From sequence record NZ_CP082221.1: a stretch of DNA of 64,000 nucleotides. One strand, written 5' to 3'. A program made the translations under genes and the position numbers. Below the pieces are notes generated by a model. That model was not told the DNA's origin. It worked only from the letters and a program-made list of their open reading frames with translations, and made no database searches. Below, piece by piece: positions 18,874 through 28,310 of this stretch. This DNA comes from a plasmid. The stretch's first letter is position 1; each line of letters starts with the position of its first letter.

Positions 18874-19206
18874 ATGATTAAATCAAATAATATGATCGAC
18901 ATTAAAAATCTTATCAATGAATTTCGCAATGAAACTTTATTGGAAAAAGAGAAAGTCTTTATTGATGGTAAAGACAAAAAAAGCGTTATTACTGGTTCTA
19001 AAATTTTAACTCTAGCACTTACTAAAGAGAATATTATTTATACTATTTATCATATAGAAGTATGCCGTGATGAGGAAGGCAAAACTGTCAAACGTTATAA
19101 AATCCATCAAAGAAAATCTTTAGGTTTTTCAATTCCACTTAGCTTTTTGGTAAAGCGTGAATTTGAAAAAGCTGCACCAGAAACTTTAATAAATGCTTTA
19201 ATTTGA
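18874..19206 (+). CDS. hypothetical protein (110 aa)
   Basis: Cassette: TATAAT 18804-18809, motif A 18818-18838, motif B, ATG 18874. Confidence 0.5.
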   Translation: MIKSNNMIDIKNLINEFRNETLLEKEKVFIDGKDKKSVITGSKILTLALTKENIIYTIYHIEVCRDEEGKTVKRYKIHQRKSLGFSIPLSFLVKREFEKAAPETLINALI

Positions 19207-19221
19207 TTAGGAGTAGATTCA

Positions 19222-19416
19222 ATGATTGCTCATCGAATTAATGATTCAACTGAAGAACTAAAACTTGAAGTTTTAAAAAGTGCAGCAGGTTTTTACATTG
19301 GAACTTTTGATTATGATTCTGATAATTATGGTCCTGTTAGCCGTGTATCGGAATACTTCAAGACCAGTGAGGAAGCAGAATATGCATTAAAGAATAATTG
19401 CTGGACACTACGTTAA
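19222..19416 (+). CDS. small hypothetical protein (64 aa)
   Basis: AGGAG SD. Coupled to the 18874 gene. Confidence 0.45.
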   Translation: MIAHRINDSTEELKLEVLKSAAGFYIGTFDYDSDNYGPVSRVSEYFKTSEEAEYALKNNCWTLR

Positions 19417-19448
19417 AAAAAAGCTGGCTTTAAGCCAGCTTTTTTTTA
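19415..19448. terminator. bidirectional terminator AAAAAAAAGCTGGCTttaAGCCAGCTTTTTTTT
   Basis: Perfect stem flanked by A8/T8. Lies between convergent genes. Confidence 0.65.
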
Positions 19449-19775
19449 TCCTAATAAAATCTTTTTAATATCGTCCATATGTTTTTTCCAAACTTTTGGA
19501 GATATTTCAAGAAGCTTATTTCTATCTAAAAGTTTAAACAAATCATCTTTTACTTTTAATTTTGCTTGTTCAACTTCTTGAGCAATTTGTTCATCAAGTA
19601 GTTCTAATTCCCTTTTCATTTGCTCTTTTCGTTGAGCTAATTTTTTGCCTTTCGGCGATAAATAATCTGCAATATTACCTGATTCATCTTTTGCTTTTGT
19701 TTCATTTGAATTTGTATTGGCTGCATCATTTTCAGCCTTAACAGATTCGTCATTTGTTTGAGCAACATTATTCAT
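19446..19775 (-). CDS. Lys/Glu-rich coiled-coil protein (109 aa)
   Basis: ORF with an acidic N-terminus and KR/E-rich helix, adjacent to the candidate oriT. Confidence 0.5.
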   Translation of the reverse strand: MNNVAQTNDESVKAENDAANTNSNETKAKDESGNIADYLSPKGKKLAQRKEQMKRELELLDEQIAQEVEQAKLKVKDDLFKLLDRNKLLEISPKVWKKHMDDIKKILLG

Positions 19776-19899
19776 ATTTACACCATCTCAAATTTTAACT
19801 AGCAAACAAAACTTCTTTGTTTGGGGACAACTACATACTAAATATTTTCACCAATCTAGCAACAGAATTTTTTTAAAAAACTTAAGATTGATTAAATGA

Positions 19900-19960
19900 T
19901 GCGGGACACCCCGCTCATTTTTTTTCTCACACACCACGCACCTAACGGTGCTTTTAGCTC
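19900..19960 (-). other. oriT: candidate oriT (nic region on minus strand)
   Basis: The minus strand reads ...GCACCgttaGGTGC GTGGTGTGTGAG... This is an inverted repeat followed by a GGTGCGTGGTGTG-like core, resembling R388/F nic regions. An upstream IR GCGGGacacCCCGC (19901-19914) is also present. It lies immediately beside the RHH/TraD/TrwC genes. Confidence 0.5.
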
Positions 19961-20271
19961 AAGCCTTTATGGTGCAAGGTTTTGAGTGGATAAAACACTA
20001 GGTAAATATGGTTAACTTTTATGATCTATAAACTGTTATATGTTATTAATATATAAAAAGAAATAGGTGTTAACTTTCATTTTATTTAAAGTTAACCAAT
20101 AAACCCATAAAAACAATGTAAGAACATGTTTTTAAATAATATATATGGAGTAACCGACTTTATTTTATAAAAACAGAAAGTTTTTGATTTATGTTATTGA
20201 AATATATGTAAAAACTATAGTTACACAACTATTTTGAACATAAAAATATAAATATTTCCAAAAGAACTAAA

Positions 20272-20823
20272 ATGAAATTTAAAAAAATGCATCAAAGTGC
20301 TACAATTTTTTCATCTTTTGTTTATCCACAGCTCTTGAGGAGTGTCAAACTCATGACCCAAAAGAAAGTTTCAATTGGAGGTAAGGTTAGCCCTGAAATT
20401 AAGAAATACTATGATGATATGGCTAATAGATTAGGAATCTCTACAAGTCAGTTACTTGAAAAAATCTTAATTGAAAACCTTACATTATCTAAAGTCCAAA
20501 TCTTAATTGATGACTTTGACAACAAAGTCAATTATATGGTCGAGCTTATCAATCAGAGTTTTACGAACCAATCTCATTTTATTGATGAAAAATTTGATAT
20601 CTCAAATTCTAGTTTAGCTAAGTTGATTTATGAAAACGGTTTGAATAAACAAACTGAAGAGTTCATTGCTACTTTAACTTTCTTGGAAGCTGCTAAATAT
20701 AAAAATCTGCCATTAGTTAAAGACTTTAATAAACGCGAAACCACTGGTGAAGCTCTCTTTTTACAAGCATCAAAAGAAGCTAGAGAGTCAGTTGCTAAAC
20801 GTCGTAATCAATCAGAGGCTTAA
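20272..20823 (+). CDS. putative ribbon-helix-helix relaxosome accessory protein
   Basis: N-terminal KKVSIGGKVSPEIKKYYDDMANRLGISTSQLL resembles TraY/TrwA-type RHH. Sits upstream of traD. Confidence 0.4.
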   Translation: MKFKKMHQSATIFSSFVYPQLLRSVKLMTQKKVSIGGKVSPEIKKYYDDMANRLGISTSQLLEKILIENLTLSKVQILIDDFDNKVNYMVELINQSFTNQSHFIDEKFDISNSSLAKLIYENGLNKQTEEFIATLTFLEAAKYKNLPLVKDFNKRETTGEALFLQASKEARESVAKRRNQSEA

Positions 20824-20827
20824 TTGA

Positions 20828-22987
20828 ATGAAAGCAAAGAATAACTCAAAAGCAATCGAATTTACGAGAGGTTCTGAAATATGGATTCATCAATTTCGAA
20901 TGTTTATTTCAAGCATGATGAATGTCATAGTTTTTGGCCTGATGATTACGATTGGCATTGTATGTGCATTTCTATACATTAAATTAAAGGATGTTCATTT
21001 TCTTGCTTTAAGTGTGCAATACGATATTTGGTTAAAGTCAGTATTTAATAATCCAGATGCGAGAGTAGCATTGAAGCTAAATGGTGTTGTACGTGATTAC
21101 ACTCTTGATCAAGCTCAGCACATTATTAATCCCTATTTTAACCAATTAAAGTTTTATGTTTTTCGAGCATTTATTTTAGGTATTCTTTTAAGCTCATTTC
21201 TAGTCGGTGGTCTTATTTATTACTGGTTTACTTATGGTAAGGAAGTAATGTCTGATGAACAAATTCGTGGTTCAGAACTAGTTTCTAATGACGCATTAAT
21301 TTATAAAATCCAAAGTACGAAAGGATTCAGTCCATATAAAATTTCTAACATACCTATGGTAAAAAATACAGAAGGTACGAATGTTGGTATTTTTGGTGCT
21401 CCTGGTTCTGGTAAGTCTCAAATTTTTAGAGATCATTTATCTCAGGTTAGAAGCAATAAAAGAAAAGCTATCGTTTATGATCCTTCAGGAGAATTCACTT
21501 CAGAATTTTATCGACCAGGTATAGATATTATTCTAAATCCATTTGATGAACGTATGCCGTATTGGTCACCATTTTTTGAAATTCGTCATGATGAGCATTT
21601 CGATAGTATTGCTAATGCTTTTGTTCCAGTTGAGGGTAAAGATCCTTATTTTGGCGAAGCTGGTAGAACAGTATTAGCTGAAGTCATGCGTGAATTACAT
21701 GCTAATGGTATACACTCAAATAAGACTCTCCATGACACAATTGCACATTTTACTATTGAAGAAATATCGTCTGTGCTTGAGGGAACGGCTGCTTCAAAGC
21801 ATGTTGATAAAAAAGCTGAAAAGACGGCACTGGCTGTTCTTACAACAGTACAAAATAAATTAAGAGCATTTCGCTATTTACCAGATTCCGGTACACAGTT
21901 TTCTATACGTGATTGGGTAAGTCGGCCTGAAGAAGACTCATGGATTTTCCTTTCGCTTAGAGAAGAACAGAAAACTACTATTGAACCACTTATTACGTTG
22001 TGGTTTTCAATATTCATTAAAGCCGTAATGAACTTAGAACCAATACATCGTGAACTATTATGGATGTATTGTGATGAGTTCCCAACTCTACCAAAAATGG
22101 ATGATTTACCTTTATCTCTTACAAATACTCGTAAATTCGGTTTATGTCATTTTTTAGGACTACAAGATATTCCTCAACTTGAAGAAAAGTACGGAGAAAA
22201 AATTGCTCGTTCAATAATTTCAGCTTTACAAACGAAAGTGTTCTATCGAGTTAATGAAAATGAAACTGCGAAAAGAATGTCTGAAATTCTTGGACAGATG
22301 GAAGTTGCTGAAAAAAATATGTCTAGAAGTATGGGGGTTAATGATTCAAGAGACGGTGATAGTTTTATTACTCAAAGGAGAGAACGCTTTATTGTTTTAC
22401 CATCTGAAATTATGAAGTTGCCAGATCTAACAGGATACTTAAGAGTTCCTGGTGATTATCCAGTTACGAAGATTACTCAGAAATATCATCCTCACTTAAA
22501 AAATGTTCCAGCATTTATAGAACGAGAAAATATGGGTTTCATTTCTGCGTTTGCGGTTGCTGAAGCTTTAGAATCCCAATCGAATTCTGATGGAAAAGAG
22601 CCATTAGTAGAACAACAAAATGAAGAAGGCAATTTCTTTGGGAATTCTACTGAGCCACTTGTTGGAAATAGTAGTTTCTTTGGGAAATCTAATACAACCT
22701 CTGAAATTATTTATGAAAATTCACCTTTAGATTTATTTCATTCTCAAACAGAAGATAGTGATTTATCACTTAATGAAAAAAACGGTATTCAACCAGATGA
22801 AATAATCCCGGACGAAGATGAAAAGCCTAAAGTTGTTAATAATGACAGACTACATACTTTTGCCAGCTATCTTGCCGCAACCGATGAATCAAGTGCTCAG
22901 AAAAATAATGACGTTACTCCTGACACTAATTCAAGTAATGATTCTAATGAATCTAGTTTTAAAGACTTGTTCAATAACAATGATTAG
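20828..22987 (+). CDS. traD: type IV coupling protein TraD (F-type)
   Basis: Walker A GAPGSGKS. Long collinear similarity to F TraD (IVYDPSGEF...ILNPFD; LPDLTGYLRVPGDYPVTKITQKY). Confidence 0.9.
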   Translation: MKAKNNSKAIEFTRGSEIWIHQFRMFISSMMNVIVFGLMITIGIVCAFLYIKLKDVHFLALSVQYDIWLKSVFNNPDARVALKLNGVVRDYTLDQAQHIINPYFNQLKFYVFRAFILGILLSSFLVGGLIYYWFTYGKEVMSDEQIRGSELVSNDALIYKIQSTKGFSPYKISNIPMVKNTEGTNVGIFGAPGSGKSQIFRDHLSQVRSNKRKAIVYDPSGEFTSEFYRPGIDIILNPFDERMPYWSPFFEIRHDEHFDSIANAFVPVEGKDPYFGEAGRTVLAEVMRELHANGIHSNKTLHDTIAHFTIEEISSVLEGTAASKHVDKKAEKTALAVLTTVQNKLRAFRYLPDSGTQFSIRDWVSRPEEDSWIFLSLREEQKTTIEPLITLWFSIFIKAVMNLEPIHRELLWMYCDEFPTLPKMDDLPLSLTNTRKFGLCHFLGLQDIPQLEEKYGEKIARSIISALQTKVFYRVNENETAKRMSEILGQMEVAEKNMSRSMGVNDSRDGDSFITQRRERFIVLPSEIMKLPDLTGYLRVPGDYPVTKITQKYHPHLKNVPAFIERENMGFISAFAVAEALESQSNSDGKEPLVEQQNEEGNFFGNSTEPLVGNSSFFGKSNTTSEIIYENSPLDLFHSQTEDSDLSLNEKNGIQPDEIIPDEDEKPKVVNNDRLHTFASYLAATDESSAQKNNDVTPDTNSSNDSNESSFKDLFNNND

Positions 22988-22998
22988 GTAGGTAGATA

Positions 22999-25900
22999 AT
23001 GCTAAGTGTTAACAATGTAGTTGAATCTGGAAAGGCTTTGTCTTACTACCAATTAGATAATTATTATACTAATGAGCAACAATCATTGGATCAAACTGAA
23101 TGGTATGGTCGTGGTGCTCAAGTATTAGGTATTAATGGTGAACAAATTGAGGCAAATACTTTTAAAGACTTGCTAGAAGGTAGAGTAGAAGATCAACAGT
23201 TGGGGCGAGTTAGGAAAGATGAAAATGGTCAAAGTTATATTGATCATAGAGCTGGTATAGATTTAACGTTTAGTGCTCCAAAATCTGTTTCGATAATGGC
23301 AGAGGTTTTTGAAAATCAAGATGTGCTACAAGCACATCTTGATGCTGTTAAAGATACTATTTCCGCTATTGAAGATCATTACACGCAAACTAGAATCAGT
23401 GTTGATGGCACAATTCAAAAATCAGAGAGTGATAATTTAGTTGTTGCTCTTTTTAATCACAATACTAGTAGAGCATTGGATCCGCAAACTCATACACATG
23501 CAGTTGTTATGAACATGACTTTAAATGATAAAGATTCATGGACGGCATTAAGTAACGAAGTAATTTATGATAATCAGGCAACCATAGGTTCGATATATAA
23601 TTCTAATCTCGCTCAAAATTTAAGAGCTATAGGTCTTGATGTAGAGGTAAAAGATAATCAGGGCAATTTTGAAATTGCCGGCTTTACTCCAGAAATGATA
23701 CAAGAGTTTTCTCAGCGAAGAACTCAGATTATTGAAAGTTTAAAAAGTAGAGGAATTGATATTGAAGATGCACCTGCTAGTTTGAGAGAACAAGCAGCTT
23801 TAAAAACACGGGAAAGGAAACAGGCATTTAATGAGGCTGAATTACGTCAAGTTTGGAAGGAACGTGCAAGTGAACTTGGCATTACACAAAGTTTTGTAGA
23901 TAAGCTAGAAGATAAAATTAAAACGAATCAGATGAATGCGGATCCGCAACCTTCAGAAAAAAACCAAAAAGACATATGGAAAACCGGATCCTCAAAAAAT
24001 GATCCGAATATATCATTTGAAGGGAAAACGGAAGTTTCTAGCGATAAATCTAATAACGCTGATAAAGAAGCACCAGATAAACGAATTGACAACTCTGAAA
24101 CGCAAAATCCGAGCGATAGCGCCATATCAAATGAAAAAGCTAGTCAAGTATCAGGAAAATCCCAAAAAGAGCCAGAAACGCAAAATATGGGCCAAGAAGC
24201 GCATATTCAAGATGAAGTTAGATTGGGTAAGAAACAAACTGAACCTAAAGCGAGTAACAATTCAAAAGACCAGACTGTACCTAGAGAACGACCTTATCAA
24301 AGAAAGAATCGTGAATCTCAACAAGTACTCATAAGCCAAAAAACAAAAGAAGCCGTTTACTACGCTATAGGGCATCACACCGAAAGAGAAATGATGATAC
24401 CTGAAACAAAGATACTAAATACGGCTATGAAATTTGACATACAAGAAGTAACTCATGAACAAGTACGAGCTGAGTTAAATAGACTAGAAAAAGAAAAAAT
24501 CATCGTCCGGGTAGATGGGAAGTTAACAACTCAGCGTTTGGCACATAGCGAAGTTTGGTCGTTACAACATATACAAAATGAACAAAAAAGCGTGAGTCCA
24601 ATAGTGGATGAATCTCAAGTTAAAACAAGACTCGATCAAGAGGAACAGTTGAGAGGGAGGAAGTTTACACCCGGACAAAGAGCAAGTCTTGAAACAATAT
24701 TTAGTTCTGAAAGTAGATATATAGGCGTAGACGGTTTAGCTGGTACGGGTAAAACTACAATGCTGCATACTTTGAATAAAGTAGCCTCAGAAAACGGTTT
24801 TATTGTTAAAGGTATGGCCGCCACTGGCGTAGCTGCTAAAAACTTAGAATTGGAAACTGGTATACCCTCAAAAACAATGGCCATGTTTCAGATTAAAGAA
24901 AATGAGCTTCAGAAAGAAATTGAAAAGAATGGGGGAGTAAACCGTAAAAATGAAATCTGGATAGTTGATGAATCTTCATTTGTAAGCCAGACAAACTTCA
25001 AAGACATTTTGACTTTGGCTAAGCAAGCTAATAGTCGTGTTGTTTTTTTAGGGGATAAATTGCAGCTTCAGTCAATTAGTGCAGGAAAACCATTTGAACT
25101 TGTACAAAATAGAGGTGTGCTAAAAACTTCACAAATGCATGACATTATCCGTCAAAAAAACCAGGAACTTAAAGACGTGGTTTCTGTTGTCGTTGCAAAA
25201 AACAAAGAAGGTAAAATTGATTTAAGTAACAACGATAAAGCTTTTGATTTACTTGATAAACAGCAAAGGATTCATGAAGTAGTTGTAGCTGCAAAGGGTA
25301 CACAACCAGCTCTACATGAGCAGCATGACTTATTTCAGGAAATTCATGAAGTACATCAAAAATTAGTTGGTGATTATATGAGGCTTAATAAGGAATCAAG
25401 AGATAATAGCCTTATCATTACTCCCTTTAACTCAGATAGAGTAATGCTGAACTCACTTGTAAGAAGCGAAATGAAAAAACTAAATGAATTAGATCATAAT
25501 GATCATAATTTTGAGATCTTAGTAAATACCAATTTCACTGAAGCGGAGCGTAAACATATTAATAATTATGAGCCTAATATGACGATACGTTTTGGGAAAT
25601 CATTTACAGATAAAGACACAGGAATCAAAATTGAAAAAGGTGACTATCTAAAAGTAATGATGAAAGACAAAGAAGGTAAATTGGTATTAATTGATAAGGA
25701 TAAAAATAAAATTAAATGGAACCCTAAAAAAGGAAGTGTAGAAGTATATAAATCAGAACAAAGAAAGATAGCTAAGGGAGATGTAATAAGAATTACCCGG
25801 ACAAAAGATGATGAACAGATCAAGAATGGTGAAAGATATAAAATCAAGGATATTCATGAAGATAAAGTAATAGTAGAAGGCCAGGATGGGAAAGAGAAAA

Positions 25901-26274
25901 GCCTATCAAGAAGTGGGTTTAAACATTTTGATTACGGCTATAGTAGTACTGTTTATTCCTCTCAGGGCTTAACACAGGGTAATGTATTTTTGTTACTAAA
26001 TAGCCAAAAATTAGCAAATGATCTGAAAAGTGATAAGGCTGCCACCAAAGTTTTAGGTAATACATTTGGAACAAGATCATTTTATGTTGCTGTAACGAGG
26101 GAAGAGCATAATTTGCAGATTTACACTGATAATAAACAAATGACACGAGAAGCAATTACGTTTAAACAAGATAAAACAAGTTATTTGGATACAGTTAAAG
26201 AAGTTGGTCAAAAAGTACCAGAACATATCATCGAAAATGAAAAAATTGGTGTAACTAATGAGCTAGAAAGATAG
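22999..26274 (+). CDS. traI: MobF relaxase-helicase (TrwC/TraI family)
   Basis: N-terminal relaxase motifs (DLTFSAPKSVS; HTHAVV 3-His). C-terminal helicase Walker A GLAGTGKTT and a TraI-like tail. Confidence 0.9.
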   Translation: MLSVNNVVESGKALSYYQLDNYYTNEQQSLDQTEWYGRGAQVLGINGEQIEANTFKDLLEGRVEDQQLGRVRKDENGQSYIDHRAGIDLTFSAPKSVSIMAEVFENQDVLQAHLDAVKDTISAIEDHYTQTRISVDGTIQKSESDNLVVALFNHNTSRALDPQTHTHAVVMNMTLNDKDSWTALSNEVIYDNQATIGSIYNSNLAQNLRAIGLDVEVKDNQGNFEIAGFTPEMIQEFSQRRTQIIESLKSRGIDIEDAPASLREQAALKTRERKQAFNEAELRQVWKERASELGITQSFVDKLEDKIKTNQMNADPQPSEKNQKDIWKTGSSKNDPNISFEGKTEVSSDKSNNADKEAPDKRIDNSETQNPSDSAISNEKASQVSGKSQKEPETQNMGQEAHIQDEVRLGKKQTEPKASNNSKDQTVPRERPYQRKNRESQQVLISQKTKEAVYYAIGHHTEREMMIPETKILNTAMKFDIQEVTHEQVRAELNRLEKEKIIVRVDGKLTTQRLAHSEVWSLQHIQNEQKSVSPIVDESQVKTRLDQEEQLRGRKFTPGQRASLETIFSSESRYIGVDGLAGTGKTTMLHTLNKVASENGFIVKGMAATGVAAKNLELETGIPSKTMAMFQIKENELQKEIEKNGGVNRKNEIWIVDESSFVSQTNFKDILTLAKQANSRVVFLGDKLQLQSISAGKPFELVQNRGVLKTSQMHDIIRQKNQELKDVVSVVVAKNKEGKIDLSNNDKAFDLLDKQQRIHEVVVAAKGTQPALHEQHDLFQEIHEVHQKLVGDYMRLNKESRDNSLIITPFNSDRVMLNSLVRSEMKKLNELDHNDHNFEILVNTNFTEAERKHINNYEPNMTIRFGKSFTDKDTGIKIEKGDYLKVMMKDKEGKLVLIDKDKNKIKWNPKKGSVEVYKSEQRKIAKGDVIRITRTKDDEQIKNGERYKIKDIHEDKVIVEGQDGKEKSLSRSGFKHFDYGYSSTVYSSQGLTQGNVFLLLNSQKLANDLKSDKAATKVLGNTFGTRSFYVAVTREEHNLQIYTDNKQMTREAITFKQDKTSYLDTVKEVGQKVPEHIIENEKIGVTNELER

Positions 26275-26364
26275 GAACAGAGTATTATGAAATTGTGGTA
26301 TATGGTTTATAAATGCTATATTAAATTAAGCCTAATGTAGTTATCGGTAAAGGTAAAGGGGATA

Positions 26365-26790
26365 ATGGTGGTAACGAGTAATGCAGTAATGCACAATGTT
26401 TCAAAACGTGTGTATGATGAAAGAGAACCATTTCAGGTCCTACTAAGCCCAACTTTGAAAATGATATTAGGTAACTATCAAAAGTTGAAAAAATTACCCT
26501 TTAATTACGTGCTTGGAAAGATCTTAGAGGATACAGTAAATAATGAGAAAATTACTGCTGAAGTTAGAAAATTACAACCAGCTTATAAGATGATTAAAGG
26601 CTCAAGAACTGTAATAAGAATTGAAGTAGAAATAGCTAAAAGAATCCGGGAAACAGCAGTACAGAAAAAGGGTGAAACACTATCGAGTTTTACTAATGCT
26701 GCGGTCTATTACTTCTTAAAGAATGGTGATTTTGAAACATTGCCAGAGCTTAAACAAAGCATTGATGAAATAGAGAATATTGAACTTTAA
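26365..26790 (+). CDS. hypothetical protein
   Basis: ORF of 141 aa. The start is uncertain (alternative Met at 26389). Confidence 0.45.
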   Translation: MVVTSNAVMHNVSKRVYDEREPFQVLLSPTLKMILGNYQKLKKLPFNYVLGKILEDTVNNEKITAEVRKLQPAYKMIKGSRTVIRIEVEIAKRIRETAVQKKGETLSSFTNAAVYYFLKNGDFETLPELKQSIDEIENIEL

Positions 26791-26816
26791 AAAAAGCCCA
26801 TAAGGGCTTTTTATTT
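26791..26816 (+). terminator. terminator AAAAAGCCCataaGGGCTTTTT
   Basis: Hairpin plus T-run. Confidence 0.55.
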
Positions 26817-26843
26817 ATTTCGGAAAGCTTACATAAAGAAAAA

Positions 26844-27170
26844 TTAAATTTTCCATAAATGCGAGGCTTCTTGGTCTACTTTGTCAATATCTAAATGGAA
26901 TTGCCACTCACCATACAATTGACGCCAGCAACAATAATTAAGAAAGCTATCATCGCGCTTAATCATCCATTCAGCCCATTGAACTTCAAGAATATCGAAA
27001 GAATAAGAGCCAAATGCAGAACCTATAGCTAAATCGCCCCAATGTGCTATCTCAGGATAAAGATATCTAAGAGTTGTAATGTCCTTTCGATCATCATCAT
27101 TCCACTCACCGGGATCAGAGCCGTGGCCTGGTGTCACAAAAGTTTCAGGGTTAAAAATAAAATTAGGCAT
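26844..27170 (-). CDS. hypothetical Trp-rich protein (108 aa)
   Basis: TGGAGA SD before ATG at 27170. The function cannot be assigned. Confidence 0.4.
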   Translation of the reverse strand: MPNFIFNPETFVTPGHGSDPGEWNDDDRKDITTLRYLYPEIAHWGDLAIGSAFGSYSFDILEVQWAEWMIKRDDSFLNYCCWRQLYGEWQFHLDIDKVDQEASHLWKI

Positions 27171-27207
27171 ATTAAATCTCCAAGCAATCAATTATTTGAA
27201 AGGAAAA

Positions 27208-27774
27208 TTAGAATAATCCCTTAACAAAATTGAGAACGAGCATACCTAAAGTTAATGAAGCGATACTGAAGACAAAATTGAAAATCCCTTTCTTTTTGTC
27301 ATCAACAACAATTGCATTATCAGCAGAACTATCGGTAATACTAATAAAAGAATACTCTCTGAAATACTTAAAAGTGTAAGGAGTTAGAATGAAATCAATC
27401 ATTAAAACTAAACAAAAAGTACCAAAAGCACTTTTAGTATTTTCAGAAGAAAAACTTAAATTAGAGAAGGAATAAGAAAAAAATAGGATAAGAAATATAA
27501 AAATAAGATTTATAATGATTACCCCTAGCTCTTTAAAAGGAAACTGATTAAGACCTTTGGAATATTTTAATAAACCAAAAAGATAAAAACTTTTTCCAAA
27601 AGACTGAGCGTTAAGGTAGCATAAGAAAAAGATTAAAACTTCTGGCTTGGGGATAAAATTTATATAATAAGCTAAAACAGCAAAGAAAATAAAAACCAAA
27701 TTTAAAATAAAAGGTTGTACTGCTCCAAATAAAGTTAAAAAAACTTTAGAGGTCGAATCAAGTTTAGTGTTCAT
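27208..27774 (-). CDS. polytopic membrane protein
   Basis: AAGGA SD 8 nt upstream of ATG 27774. 5-6 TM segments. Confidence 0.5.
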   Translation of the reverse strand: MNTKLDSTSKVFLTLFGAVQPFILNLVFIFFAVLAYYINFIPKPEVLIFFLCYLNAQSFGKSFYLFGLLKYSKGLNQFPFKELGVIIINLIFIFLILFFSYSFSNLSFSSENTKSAFGTFCLVLMIDFILTPYTFKYFREYSFISITDSSADNAIVVDDKKKGIFNFVFSIASLTLGMLVLNFVKGLF

Positions 27775-27806
27775 AGATAAATCCTTGTTAAATAGAGAAA
27801 TAGAAT

Positions 27807-27980
27807 TTAGGGCTTTAAAGCAAAAACAAAGCAATTTGTATTAAGGATAAGTCCAGTGAAAATAAATGCTTGACCAATACCAATATGTCGTCCTTTTCTT
27901 ATGATAAGGATTCCAAGAATTATAATCGCATTGGCGGCAATACATAAAACAGTTGTAAGTTCATTAAATCTAAGATGCAT
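27807..27980 (-). CDS. small 2-TM peptide (57 aa)
   Basis: Motif B GAGCTGAAGAGCTTAAGGTG (rc of 27990-28011) 6 nt upstream. Confidence 0.4.
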   Translation of the reverse strand: MHLRFNELTTVLCIAANAIIILGILIIRKGRHIGIGQAFIFTGLILNTNCFVFALKP

Positions 27981-28017
27981 ATAATTCACCTTAAGCTCTT
28001 CAGCTCGTATGTTGAAA

Positions 28018-28296
28018 CTATCCGTATTTTCTTTTTACAACAGAATTGTAAAAATTAATGAGGATATGGATTAAAGAAAAAATTGTAAATAGAATTAAAA
28101 ATATGATACTTGCTATTTTATTAATAGAAAGTGTGGTTGTAAAAAAAACTAATGAAGCTTTAATTCCTATTCCACACATTAAACTTAAACCAATTAAAGA
28201 AGTATCAAATTCTTCAAAGTCATCCTTAAAAAGAAAACTCAGTGATTGCAACAATAAAAAACTTGAAAGATATAGAGTAAGTGTAAAACTATCCAT
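28018..28296 (-). CDS. small 3-TM protein
   Basis: GAAGG SD. Hydrophobic. Confidence 0.45.
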   Translation of the reverse strand: MDSFTLTLYLSSFLLLQSLSFLFKDDFEEFDTSLIGLSLMCGIGIKASLVFFTTTLSINKIASIIFLILFTIFSLIHILINFYNSVVKRKYG

Positions 28297-28310
28297 TGTA
28301 ATAACCTTCT

